Assembly: GCF_963921235.1 (NCBI RefSeq)
Contig: NC_086113.1
Coordinates: forward strand, 46,004,001-46,068,000
DNA from: Mobula hypostoma
Taxonomy: Eukaryota
DNA: 64,000 nt
Direction: 5' to 3'
The position numbers and the translations under genes are program-made. Within the stretch, counting starts at the first letter, position 1. Each line of letters begins with the position of its first letter. Positions 26,401 to 38,811 of the stretch are shown in pieces. The notes beneath the pieces are model-generated. The model saw only the letters and a program-made list of their open reading frames with translations, did not search any database and was not told the DNA's origin.

Positions 26401-26914
26401 CAAGTGTTAGACAACAAGCTTATGCAATCTGTCTGTAAAAGAAGTACTGAGGGCCTATTGGATAATGACTAGAATATGGCTAAACCAAAGTCGGGGAGGG
26501 AAGGTGCTATTACTGTTCTGAGTGTGACTTGTTCACCAGACCAATAACTTGCTTTTCCCGTGTTGACTGTGCTCTTTTCCAGCCAAGTTCTATTGTTACT
26601 GATATTTGTGTACGGTGAGAAATGTTATGTTTAATCTCTTTCTAATGCAGTCACAGAATGTACATCTTTATTCCTGCGTATGCAGTATACAGACAGTGTT
26701 GGGACGTGGTGAAACTGGAATATTTAAGAATGAGAAAGATGCATTTCAAGGGAAGCTGGAGAGGTTCATGAAGGAAATGGAAGGTGGGGTTTGATTGAGC
26801 GGTATGGGAAGAAAATTGAGTGGTCCGTCTTTGTGCTGTATGTGGCACTGAAGTGTTAACTGGGTACAAAAGTGTGCAAAAATAGCACTGATTAAATGAA
26901 ATCTGATGTTGTGT

Positions 26915-27460
26915 TGGTAGGACATGGAACAGTATAAGTCTTTCAGCCCATGATGTTGTGTTGATCTATAAACCTACTCCACAGTGAATCCATCCCCTCC
27001 ATCCTATATTGCTCAGAACCATCCATTTTTTCTTTCACTCATGTGCCTATCGAAGAGTCTCTTAAATGTCCCGAATGTATTAGCCTCAATCACCACCTCC
27101 AGCAGTCACTCTAGGTACCTGCCTTGCTCCCTGTGTACTATTTTAAAAAAAAATCTACCTGTGACATCTTCCTAAACTTTCCTCCACTCAACTTAAGAAG
27201 ATGTCTTCTTGTATTGGCCGTTGCTGTCCCGGGAAAAGAGTATTGACTATCCACTCTGTTTATGCTGCTTCTAATCTTTTACATCTCTATCAAGTCACCT
27301 CTCATCCTCCATTCCGAAAGGGAGAAAAGGCCTTGGCTCGCTCAACCTCTCCACACAAGACACATTCTCCAATCCAGGCAGCATCCTCGCAAATCTCCTC
27401 TGTGTCCCCTCTAATGCTTCCACACCCTTCCTGAGGCAGCCAGAACTGGACGTGGTATTG
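26915..27460 (-). mobile_element. CR1 3' end (older)
   Basis: VQFWLP and CR1 tail similarity. Confidence 0.8.
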
Positions 27461-28042
27461 TGAAAAATTCAGGGATAAGGCTCTGGTGTCAAGGAAGCTG
27501 CTTCTGAGCAACAAATGTCAGTGGCCCGCTGTCTTAAACCGATGCTACCTTGTAAATGGAGGCGCTGACACTGCACAGAGCAAAGGCTGTAGCTATTGTT
27601 AAGTGGGGGCTTTCAGTGACTAGCCGTGACGGAACTGGAACTCTCTGCTTGGCACTGCGTTTTCACTGCTGTTTACTCAGACACTGAACATTAGAAATCT
27701 CTTACCAGGGCCACCCACTATCGTGAGTTAAGATCTCCCCTTAATCCATTTGTTCAAGTTGAATGGATTTTATTAACTGGATCTGCCTGAGGGCATTTTC
27801 CCTTTTTTAAAAAAAATATTTCTTTTTTTTACCAGATTACTATGTAGTTATCAGTCAACAAAATGTGTGCTTGTGTTTCAGTATTACACCACCTACTAAA
27901 TTACATTGCAGATTATAGGTAGCTTGTGCCTACGGCTATATGGAACCAAAGGACACTTTATAACAGAAACAATTATGCTGCTAGTATTGAATCAAAATTG
28001 CCTTGATTCCAGGACTATCTCCTACGAGCAACAATAAAAAAA

Positions 28043-28062
28043 ACACGCACACACACACACAC
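28043..28062. repeat. Short (CA)n microsatellite
   Basis: acacgcacacacacacacac. Confidence 0.8.
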
Positions 28063-30839
28063 AACGTCTGTTTCCTGTAGTTCTGGCATTGCAGCAAATA
28101 AACTTCCGTTCCTGTGATGTCTTTCTCCCTGCTGTCTTATCAACTAATCTAGTTTCAGACGCACCCGTCTGGGACATGTCCAGACATGGGGTCGGTCACT
28201 GCAATCATTTTCTTTGGTGGTTTTTTAAACTTTTCAACATTTGATTTTTTTTTTCAACATGAGGCAGTTTTAAATTGCTTATTAAATGTGTTTTTTTTTA
28301 CACACACTGCTGCGTTTTATTTTTGAAACAGCAGTTGGTCCTAATAAGGAGCAAGGTGGTGTTGGCAACATGACAAGGAAAGGAGTGACTTGTCAGAGTA
28401 TCTGTGCACTTAACCATTTTTGTCACTTGAGTAACTACTAGCCTGGTTTTAACAGTTCACAACATTGTGTTCAGATCCCTCCATGCAGTTGCTTCTTGCT
28501 GCCTCTATAACCTACGGCCCTCCAAGGTCCTGGCGAAGGATCTCTACCCAAAAATATCCACGCTTTATTCCCCTTCATAGATGCTGCCTGCCCTGCTGAG
28601 TTCCTCCGGCATTTTGTGTGTGTTGCTCTGCGTCCGTAGAATCTCTTGTGTTCGTGATTTTTTTGCCTCCTGCAGTCTTTGTGACCCTTCAATTCCACAT
28701 ACTGTGCTTGCGTGTTTCGTATTGCTCTGTCTGGGCAACCGTGCCTTCAGTCACCCAGACTGCCGAGTTCTACACCTGCTCGGGTCATGGGAATTTGGCC
28801 TTTCAGATTTTATTTTGTGGGGAAGGGAGGGGGGGAGTGAAGAAAATAAACAAATATAAAGCATATATAGAGAACAAAACTAATTTACCAAAGGTGATGA
28901 TTGCAGGCTGCCAATTCACAGTGGGAGGCCACTTAAGGGATTCACTTTGATAACTGTTAGATCGGCTTTTTCAATTCATCTGTAAAATACTTGTATGCTA
29001 CATTATCAGACAATTTAACGCCCACTTCAGGTTCATGAAAACAATAACTCTTTCGCTTCTGCCTACAATATGGTCAGATTTCTTTTGCCTGAAGACTGCG
29101 CCACTTAGAGCATTACTGTTGGAGAGATTACCACCCTTATGGACATTCAAAGAGGGGATAAAGGGTTTGTTGTATGGAAAAATGTGGAGTGCACTGTAAT
29201 CTCTGCAGTTTTCTGGCTAAGCATTTCTACCTGACTTTCTTCCTTAAAAACTACTTTGAACGTACCTTTCAAGCTTTGTTATGAAGTTGTTTGATGGCTC
29301 TCCTGTACACTACTGTGGGAGAAGTCACTACATTGTAAACCGTGAATAAATGGGAGTTATTATTGTCGCAGATTGGTAGTGCTCTCAGAAACAGATAAAC
29401 TGAAATATTTCCATGGGTTTATTTAAGAGTAACATTTTAACACTTATAAGTAACACTTTAGCCCTTTGGAATCTATAGCAGCAAGATAGCACTTCCATGA
29501 CAGTATGTAAACAAGTTTTTTTTAAAAAAGAGAGGATGGCCTATAACGATAAGATCGTCCTTTAATGCAATTACTAAGGATATTGGCATAGATGACAAAT
29601 TCCTGTTCATAACCCGATAACACTGTCTTCTGTTTATCAGTATACACAGGAAGACAGATGCTTCAAAATATCTTTAAATTTTAAAAAAACACACACACAC
29701 TTTAAAATAATTACACGAAAAAATATTAGAACTCTTCCTCCTCTTGAACCTCTGTTGAACACCAGCAAAAATAGATTGTAGAATTTAACTGGTAAGTGTA
29801 TTCTATTCGAGTGCTAGGTCCTCAACCAACCCTCTGTATCTGCTTTTTTAACTTCGTCCTTCCATTTTCTGTAGTCATCCAAACTTACTCCATTTTTGAA
29901 TGTTTGATACAAGCTCCCCTTACTTTGCTTTACCCTGTTATATTTCTCCATCCTCAACATCCACGGTCTAAAACTGGAAGATTCCTCCAACTCCTTTCCT
30001 GTTTTGCAATGTGATTAGTTGGAATTTCATCCACTGCCCTTAAATGGATTCATTTATTTTAAGTTCTAATTCAGCCTGTTAATATTTCTCCAATTTGAGC
30101 CTTAACTCCTGGTCTGCATTTGCGTGCAATAAGCCCTAGAGGGTGCGTTTGGAAGAGCATAGACCTCTAGGGGGTTTGTAAGGCTCTAGAAACTAGACAG
30201 ACGAGGTGGAAAATGCCAAAGAGATTTGACCAAGGATGGTCTTTTTCAAATTGAGACTTTTGGTGAAATGAGTAAAACGTATGTCGGTAGCACAGAGTTA
30301 GGGACAAGTAGGATTTAGAGAGCATTAAAATACAACCGGCAATGTTGTGGATCCAGAGTGGTTTGAGCAAGCCTTGCTGTTATGACGAACAGTGTGTTTC
30401 AAGTTTGTGTCCATGTAGGATGACTCTCTTGACGTTCTGTAGTTACAGGGAGAACGCAGGAGAATGGGGTTGCGAGGGATAAGAAGTCAGCCGCGGTTGA
30501 ATGGTGGAGAAGGCTCGATGGGCCAGTAGCCTTCTGCTCCTGTATCTTGTGATCCACGGGTCTCTTGTGTCCTGTTCTGAAGACGTTCGGGTCGTATTAT
30601 TGAGTCGTGCGTCATTTGTTTTGTGCCTTGCCTGTTGGTTTACCAGAAGGACGTCTCCATTTCCAGCCATCTCTCGTACTGTGGGAGATCTGCCCTGTGA
30701 GATCTCTCATATCAGTTTTGCTCTGCTAGCTTTTCCTTTTATGCTATGTTTTGTCATTGGTATCAGTTAAATGCAGCACATTTTCTGTGGCCTCTTTAAC
30801 CCATGATGGTCCTCACTGAATCCAGAGTTGTGTGGTAAA

Positions 30840-31345
30840 GAACATGGAAATCTACAGCACATTACAGGCCCTTCGGCCCACGATGTTGTGCTGACCATGT
30901 AACTTACTGTAGAAGCTGCCTAGAATTTCCTTACCGCATAGCCCTCTATTTTTCTAAGCTCCATGTACCTATCTAAGAGTCTCTTAAAAGACCCGATTGT
31001 ATCCACCTCCACCAATTACCAGCAGTGTGTTCCATGCACCCACCACTCTGTGTGTGGAAAAACTTAACCCTGATCCCCCTGTACCTACTTCCAAGCACCT
31101 TAAAACTACACTCCCCCGTGTTAGCCATTTCAACCCTGGGAAAAGGCCTCTGACTATCCACACGATCAATGCCTCTCATCATCTTGTACACCTCTGTCAG
31201 GTCACCTCTCCTCCTTCAATGCTCCAAGGAGAAGTTCACTCAACCTATTCTCATAAGGCACACTCTCCAATCCAGGCAACATCCTTGTAAGTCTCTGCAC
31301 TCTCTCTCTGTAGCATCCACATCCTTCCTGTAATGAGGTGACCAG
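30840..31345 (-). mobile_element. CR1 3' end
   Basis: YKMMRGIDRVDSQ and WSPHYRKDV. Confidence 0.9.
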
Positions 31346-31359
31346 AGGATTTTAAGGAA

Positions 31360-31720
31360 CAGACACAAAATGCTGGAGGAACTCAGCAGGCCAGGCAGCA
31401 TCTCTGGAAAAGAGTATTGTTGACGTTTCAGGCCGAAACCCTTTGGCAGAACTGGGAAGGAAAAGCTGAAGAGTCGATTTAAAAGGTGGGGGGAGGGGAG
31501 AGGACACAAGGTGATAGGAGAAACCTGGGGGTGGGGGGGTAGGGATGAAGTAAAGAGCTTAGAAGTTGATGGGTGAAAGAGACAGAAGACCATGGAAAAA
31601 AGAAGAGGGGGGAGGGACACCAGAGGGTGTCGATGGGCGGGCATGGAGATGAGGTGAGAGGGGGAAAAGGGAATGGAAATGTTGAGGAGAGGGGGTGTGG
31701 GGGTCCATTACCAGATTTTA
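31360..31720 (-). mobile_element. Penelope-like element terminal region (longest copy of the dispersed repeat)
   Basis: AAAATGCTGGAGGAACTCAGCAGGCCAGGCAGCATC...GACGTTTCAGGCCGAAACCCTT plus a purine-rich tract. Shorter copies at about 3865-3953, 23367-23530, 28529-28630, 44220-44390, 49365-49440, 51960-52125, 53668-53825, 58105-58170 and 61900-61960. Confidence 0.65.
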
Positions 31721-33984
31721 AGGAGGTTGTTCTCTATAAATTCCAAAACAACTGCTCACTAATGCACGATCCCTATTTCTCACTGAACCAGCCTTCAACA
31801 AAATAGTTGTGACTTCAGTCGCTCCCGGATCTTTGGTCTGGTATGTTATTAATGTTCAGCAGGAGGCCCGAGAGTTCCAGAAACAAACTGCAGGAACTTC
31901 ATGGTCGTGAGTTCACATTTAGTCAGGTGGAGTGCTGGTGGGGGGCAAAGGGAGAGGAGGTTGATAGGGAGGGGTCTGAGTTCTATCCACTTGCTTTCCC
32001 TAAGAAAAGGACTGCAATATTTTAACACGCGTCTATTACTGGTTGAACGATGAATTAGTGGGTTTATTGTGTGAAAATACTGGATTGACTTTCTATCTAC
32101 TTGGGCTTGGGATACATATTTATTAACTTGCTTCCTGTCTTATGAAAGACCACCAAGACCCTGACCGGTTAATGATATTTGGAACTTTGGGGAAAGTGGC
32201 AAAGGCTTTTCCCAATTCTGGATTCGCTTGAGCTCCCAGTAGTTCATAACCAATCTCTAAACATATACCAAGGTGTCTCTGCCAATACCTTGGGCCAGAG
32301 AAATGGTGTGGGAAGCCTGTGATATATAGCAGGCCCCTCTGCTGGAATGCAGCGGATGGTTAACAAGATATCCTGCAGATAAAATCGCTCTCTGCGGCAG
32401 ATCTTCTCCTTGCCCTTTTACTGTGCCAGTCACCAGCTTCCACGCCTCCACAGGAACAGAGTTGCGCGAGGGTGAGGCTGTTCGGTAAACCTGCCCAAGG
32501 TGCGACACATGCAGCCTTACTGTCTGCTTTGGCCAAAGTACAGCTGGGAGTCAAACACAGTCGTGGAGGGCAGACGTAGGGCTTTGCGGGCAAAATGGGG
32601 AGCGAGTCATTGAGAAGCTCTTTCAAGTATCTAGCACTGGCATGATGGGCCAAATAGCCACTGACTGTGCTGTTTGATTCTTTGGGGGTAAAGTATATAT
32701 CAGTCTTGTGGTTTGGGAGGCGCTTCTTCAGAGTGAATTTAAAGTGGGTGAGGTAAGGGAGTTTAATCCTCTGTTGACCTCTGGCAGGAAGGGGTGGGGA
32801 TGGGGTGGGGGTGAGGGGGAAGTGGCCAGGTCAGCACTGATGGTCCAAAACAGGAGAGTTCTGCACCCAAGAAAGCTCTGTCTCTGTAGTTTTCCTTAAC
32901 ACATGCAATAGTGTTAGGTCCTTAAATCAGTTCCTTTACTAAAATCAAACTTTACGAGTCCAAGTGTGCCCTACCCATTCATCACATCAGTACAGAGCTA
33001 AAAGATGTTTCCCTTTTTAATGTTCCATGTCATTTTTTTGTGCTCATTCCACGCAGCCAAAGCCAATAGTTATATCTTGAAGATCACACAGCAAATGCTT
33101 CCCATGTAATCCCCTGGGTCGGCAGCAGTGTCCTTGGGAAAAGGGAGTGGAAACTGGGCCAGATCGGAGGGAGCTTACGGGAAATGGCAGCAGTCTGGGC
33201 AATCTATCTCAGCTGTTTCCTCTGGATGGAATAGTTGGAAATTACTCATCTTAATCGAGTAGAGCCAATATCGCAGTCACGAGTTGGTGACGGCCAGATT
33301 AGTGGAGCTGATGTGACCTGGAGCGCACTCTGGAGCAGAAGGTAGAGCCGTTGCCTTTTGGCTCTAGTGAGCTGAGCTCAGTCCTGCCCTCTCTGCTTGC
33401 CTGCTGGGCATTTACTTTTTCTCCCCGTGACATTGCATTCCCCCCCCCCCAGTGCTCCGGTTTCCTTGCCCCATGCCTGAGACGGGGGTTGATAGATTAA
33501 TTGGCTACTGCAAATTGCCTGTAGTAGGTGGATAAGGGGAAGAATCTGTCGGACGCTGATGGGAATGGAGTAAGAATGGGTTATATGGAAAACTAAAGGG
33601 GGGATGGGATCACATCGTGATTCAGTATAAGACTCGATAGGCCTAAATGACCTCATTTTGTTTTGTAAGGAAATATGTAAAATGTGCAATTGTTCCCTAT
33701 GGACTCTGTTTCAGTTGAAAGCTAACTGTGCTGTGAAAGGAACATCATTATATAAAATTGCACAACTTATTGAACTGGCAGCGGGGAAAGCGATTTCCCA
33801 ACCCATGATTCATGGACCCTTTGAGCATCCCAGCTTTGGAAATGGTAGGAGCTGGGCAAGGCAATTCAGTCAGATAGTCTGCTCCACCATACTGTCAGAT
33901 CAAGGTTGAAGCTTCACCCCGGCTTAACTTGGCACCCCTTGACCTGGATGCGGTGATAAGACCAAACATTGGCCTAATTCTGTT

Positions 33985-36640
33985 CCTTTCAGCCCACTGG
34001 GTCTGCTCTGCCATTCCATCATAGCTGAACCTGGATCCCACTCAACCCCATACATCTGCCATCTTGAGATATCCTTTGATGCCCTGACCGGTCAGGAAAC
34101 AATCAGCTTCTGCCTTAAATATGCCCACGGACTTGGCCTCCACCGCAGTCTGTGGCAGAGCATTCCACAGATTCACTACTCTCTGGCTAAAAGAATTCCT
34201 CCTTACCTCTGTTCCACAAGGTTGCCCCTCAATTTTTGAAGCTGTGCCCTCTAGTTCTGGATACCCCCACATTAGGAAACATCCTGTCCACATCCACCCT
34301 ATCTAGTCCTTTCAACATTCAGTAAGTTTTAATGAGATCCCCACACATTCTTCTAAATTCCAATGAGTACAAGCCCAAAGCTGCCAAACGCGCCTCATAT
34401 GTTAACCCCTTCATTCCCAGAATCATCCTCGTGAACCTCCTCTGGACTCTCTCCAATGACAACAGATCCCTTCTGAGATATGGGGCCTAAAACTGTTGAC
34501 AATACTCCAAGTGCAGCCTGACGGGTGTCTTATAAAGCCTCAGGATTATCTCCTTGTTTTTATATTCTATTCCCCTTGAAATACAAGGGGTGATTGATAA
34601 GTTCGTGGCCTAAGGTAGAAGGAGCCAATTTTAGGAAACCTAGCACATTTATTTTTCAACGTAGTCTCCTCCTACATTTACACACTTAGTCCAGTGGTCA
34701 TGGAGCATATGGATTTTGGACCTCCAGAAAGTGTCCACAGCAGGGGTGATTGATAAGTTATACAGCTATATATTGTGAGTTATACAGCTTTCGTTACATG
34801 CACTTGCAGTTCAACTCTTTGAGTTATTATGCAGGAAGTTTGAAGTTAATAACTCAACAGGGGTGATTGATAAGTTTGTGGCCTAAGGTAGAAGGAGATG
34901 AGTTATTAACTCATGAGAGGCCCCTTATCAAAAGCCTTCTGAAAATCCAAGGAAATGACATCCACTGCCTCTCCTTTGTCCACGCTGCTTGTTATTTCCT
35001 GAAAGAACTCTAGCAGATTTGTCAGTCAAGACTTCCCTTTACAGAAACCATGTTGACTTTGACTTATTTTATCATTAGTCTCCAAGTACCCCGTAACTTC
35101 ATCCTTAATAGTGAACTCCAACACTTTCCCAACCACTGAGGTTAGGCTAACTAATCTCAGGCTATAACTTCCTTCATTTTGCCTTCCTCCCTTCTTAAAG
35201 AGTGGAGTGACATTTGCAAACTTCCAGTCCTCTGGGACCATGCCAGAATCAAGTGATTCTTGAATGATCATGACCAATGCATCTGTTATCTCTTCAGCAA
35301 ACTCCTTCAGGACTCTGGGATGTAATCTATCTGGTCCAGGTGACTTACCCACCTCAAGACCTTTCAGTTTGCCTTGAACTTTTTCCTTTGTAATAGCAAT
35401 GGCACTCACTCCTGCTCCCTGACACTCACAGACCTCTGGCACACTGCTTGTGTCTTCCACAGTGAAGACAGATGCAAAGTACCCATTAAGTTCATCTGCC
35501 ATTTCTTTGTCCCCCATTACTACCTCACCAACATTATTTTCTGGTGGCCCAATATCAACTCTCACCTCCTTTTTACTCGTTACATAACTAGAAAATCTGT
35601 TAGTACCTGCTTTATACTACTGGCTAGTTTGCCCTCATGTTTAATCCTTCCCCTATGGCTTTTTTAGTTGCCATTTGTTGGATTTTAAAAGCTTCCCGAT
35701 CATTCAACATTCCACTCACTTTTGCTACCTTATATGCCCTTTCCTTGGCTTTTATGCAGTCCTTAACTTCCTCTGCCAGCCACGGTTGCCTACCCCTGCC
35801 ATTTGAGAACTTCCTCCTCTGTGGGCCATATCTATCCTGCACTTTGTGAACTATTCCCAGAAACTTCAGACACCTCTGCTCTGCCGTCATCCCCGCCAGT
35901 ATCCTCCAATTCACATGGGCAAGCTCCTCTCTCGTGCCTCTGTAATTCCCTTTATTCCATTGCGATACTGTTACATGTGACTTGTGCTTCTCCCTCTCAA
36001 ACTGCAGTATGAATTCAATCATATTATAATCACTGTCCCCTAAGGGTTCCTTTACATTAAGCTCCCTAATAAGATCTGGGTTATTACACAACACCCAGTC
36101 TAAGGTGGCCTTTCCCCGAGTTGGTTCAAGCACAAGCTGCTCTAAAAAGCCGCCTTGTAGGCATTCAACAAATTCCCTTCCTTGCGGTCCGACACCAACC
36201 TGATTTTCCCAATCCCCTTTCATATTGAAGTTCCCCCCCCCCGTTAAAATTGTGTCATTACCCTTATTACATGCCTTTTCGAGCTCCCTTTGCAATTTCA
36301 ACCCCACATCTTGGCTACTATTTGGAGGCCTATATGTGATACCCATAATGGTTTTTTTTACCCTTGCAGTTTCTTAACGCCACCCACAAAGATTCAATAT
36401 TCAGCCCGAAACTTCTTGTATTATTTATTTCTAAAGATGTAATTCCATCTCTTACCAACAGAGCCACACCACCACCTATGCCTTCCTGCCTGTCCTTTCG
36501 ATAGAAAGTATATCCTTTGATGTTAAGCTCCCAACTATGGATTTCTTTCAGCCACGACTCAGTGATGCCCACAATGTCATACCGACCAATCTCTAATTGC
36601 GCCACGTGTTCGTCTACCTTATTCCGAACGCAGCGCCATT
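33985..36640 (-). mobile_element. Longest CR1 ORF2 remnant (APE endonuclease plus RT N-part plus 3' end), frameshifted and internally deleted
   Basis: DIVGITESWL, YRKDRQEGIGGGVALLV, YRPPNS, LGDSDYNMIEF, KSPGPDRLHPRVLKE, WKFANVTPLFKKG, QHGFCKGKS. Confidence 0.93.
34584..34915. mobile_element. Mariner-like non-autonomous element with three direct copies of its terminal sequence, inside CR1
   Basis: TA-CAAGGGGTGATTGATAAGTTCGTGGCCTAAGGTAGAAGGAG, repeated at 34741 (partial) and 34858. Confidence 0.7.
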
Positions 36641-36777
36641 TCGTTAGCTGTGTCCATCGAAGATCTTCTCTGGCTCTACCTGCTCTGCTCCAGTCATCCC
36701 TGCCATACATAACTTGTTGGAGGAGAGGGGGCCAGACAACAACCTCCCTTCCTGATTCTGCACCGAAATGGACTTGA

Positions 36778-37032
<255 letters not shown>

Positions 37033-37727
37033 TGATCTATTAGTCAGTGGTTAATCTGCTTTTAATATTTGTGTCTACAAAGAAATGCATTCACAAAACA
37101 AGATGGTCCGTTTCAGCCCCTGCACCTTTACTAGAACAGTGACTCAGGCTGGGTTAGATAAGGACTTCAGTACCAATGGAAACTGAAAAGCAAGTGGCAG
37201 AGCAATTTTAATGCCAGACTCGGCAACAAAACCTCTTTCCACGCACCTTTGCTCGGAGATGTAGCTGGTCGTGGGGTTATGCTCTTGCAAGGTTCTGGGC
37301 TTGTCTAACTTCAGGGCCTTATGACCGATCGCTTAAGTGCAGTATGGAGAGACTGTTTCACTGTCAGAGGTGCCGAGATGACATCCCAGCTACCATCCAG
37401 GGTGAGAGAAAACGTTTGGCCCCACTTGGAGAAGATCGAGGAGCCCCCCGATCCTCTGGATGGTATTTATCCGTCAGCTCCCCTCCCAAAAACAAATTTC
37501 CTGATCATGTCTTCTCGCTGGTGGTTCTTAGCTGTGTATAAATTGACTATCTGACTGAATCCCTGAAGCCAGCACAATTTTTTAAAAAAATCACATTGGT
37601 GGTAAACCACTTGGGAGGTTTCTGAGCCTGTATAAAGGCACAGTGCAAAAAGACTTTATTCTGTGATAATACTTCTTCAGAGTCAAAAGGTTAGAGTGTT
37701 TTACAAGACCTAGAGATGGGAAAGTTT

Positions 37728-38556
37728 ATAAGATCATAAGGCATAGGAGCAGAATTAGACTATGTGGTCCATCAAGTCTGCTGCACCATTCAATCATGGC
37801 CGATTCTCATTTTCCTCTCCTCAGCCCCACTCTCCAGCCTTCTCCCCGTAACCTTTGATGTCGTGTCCAATCAAGAACTTAACAAGCTCTGCCTAAAAAA
37901 AACACCCAATGACCTGGCCTCCACAGCTGCCTGTGGTAACAAATTCCATAAATTCGTCACCCTCTGGCTAAAGAAATTTCTCCGCATCTCTGCTTTAAAT
38001 GGACACTTGTGTATCCTGAAGCTGTGCCCTCTTGTCCTAGACTCCCCCACCATGGAAAACATCCTTTTCACATCTACTCTGTCTAGGCCTACAACATTTG
38101 AAATGTTTAAGTGAGATCTACCCTCATCCTTCCAAATTCCAGCGGGTACAGACCCAGATCCACCAAACGTTCCTCATATGATAACCCTTTCATTCTCGGA
38201 ATCATCCTTGTGAACCTCCCCTGAACCCTCTCCAATGCCAGCTCATCTTTTCTTGGATGAGGAGCCCAAACTGTTCACAATACCCAAGGTGAGGCCTCAC
38301 CAGTGCCTTGTTACGCCTCAGCGTCACATCCCTGCTCTTGTATTCAAGACCTCTTGCAATGAATGCAAAGTTTGCATTTACCTTCCTTACCACTGACTCA
38401 ACCTGCAAGCTAGCCTTCTGTGTGTTCTGCACAAGGGCTCCAAGGTCCCTATGCATCTTAGATTTTTGGATTTTCTCCCCATTTAGAAAATAGTCTGCAC
38501 ATTTATTTCTACTACCAAAGTGGATGATCGTGCATTTTCCAACATTGTGCTTCATA
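37728..38556 (-). mobile_element. CR1 3' part
   Basis: NVGKCTIIHFG, RDLGALV, LVRPHLGYC, RRNFFSQRVTNLWNLLP. Confidence 0.9.
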
Positions 38557-38811
38557 CAGTACTTATGTGAAAGCTCTGTCTCTCGGGTGATACTGTGGTG
38601 CAGTGGTTAGTGCTATTACTTGCATTTCCAGGGACCCAAGTTCAATTATAACCTTGAGCACTATCTGCATGAAGCTTTCGGGCACCATCCTTGACTGCAG
38701 TGAACCCTCCAGGTCCTTGGGGCTCCCCAATCATCCCAAAGTGTGCTAACTGCTTAGTGGGCCACTAAAGATCCTCTTTTGGTATAGCTAAGTGGGCTTG
38801 AAGCCAGAAGT

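Noticed and set aside
32788-32820. G-quadruplex-capable G-runs, and poly-G/C tracts at about 10118, 14150 and 41073
   Set aside because: Such runs are common throughout this genome type and nothing indicates specific function.
34584-34915. CRISPR-like repeat-spacer array
   Set aside because: Only three irregularly spaced repeats, eukaryotic context, no cas genes; explained as transposon termini.
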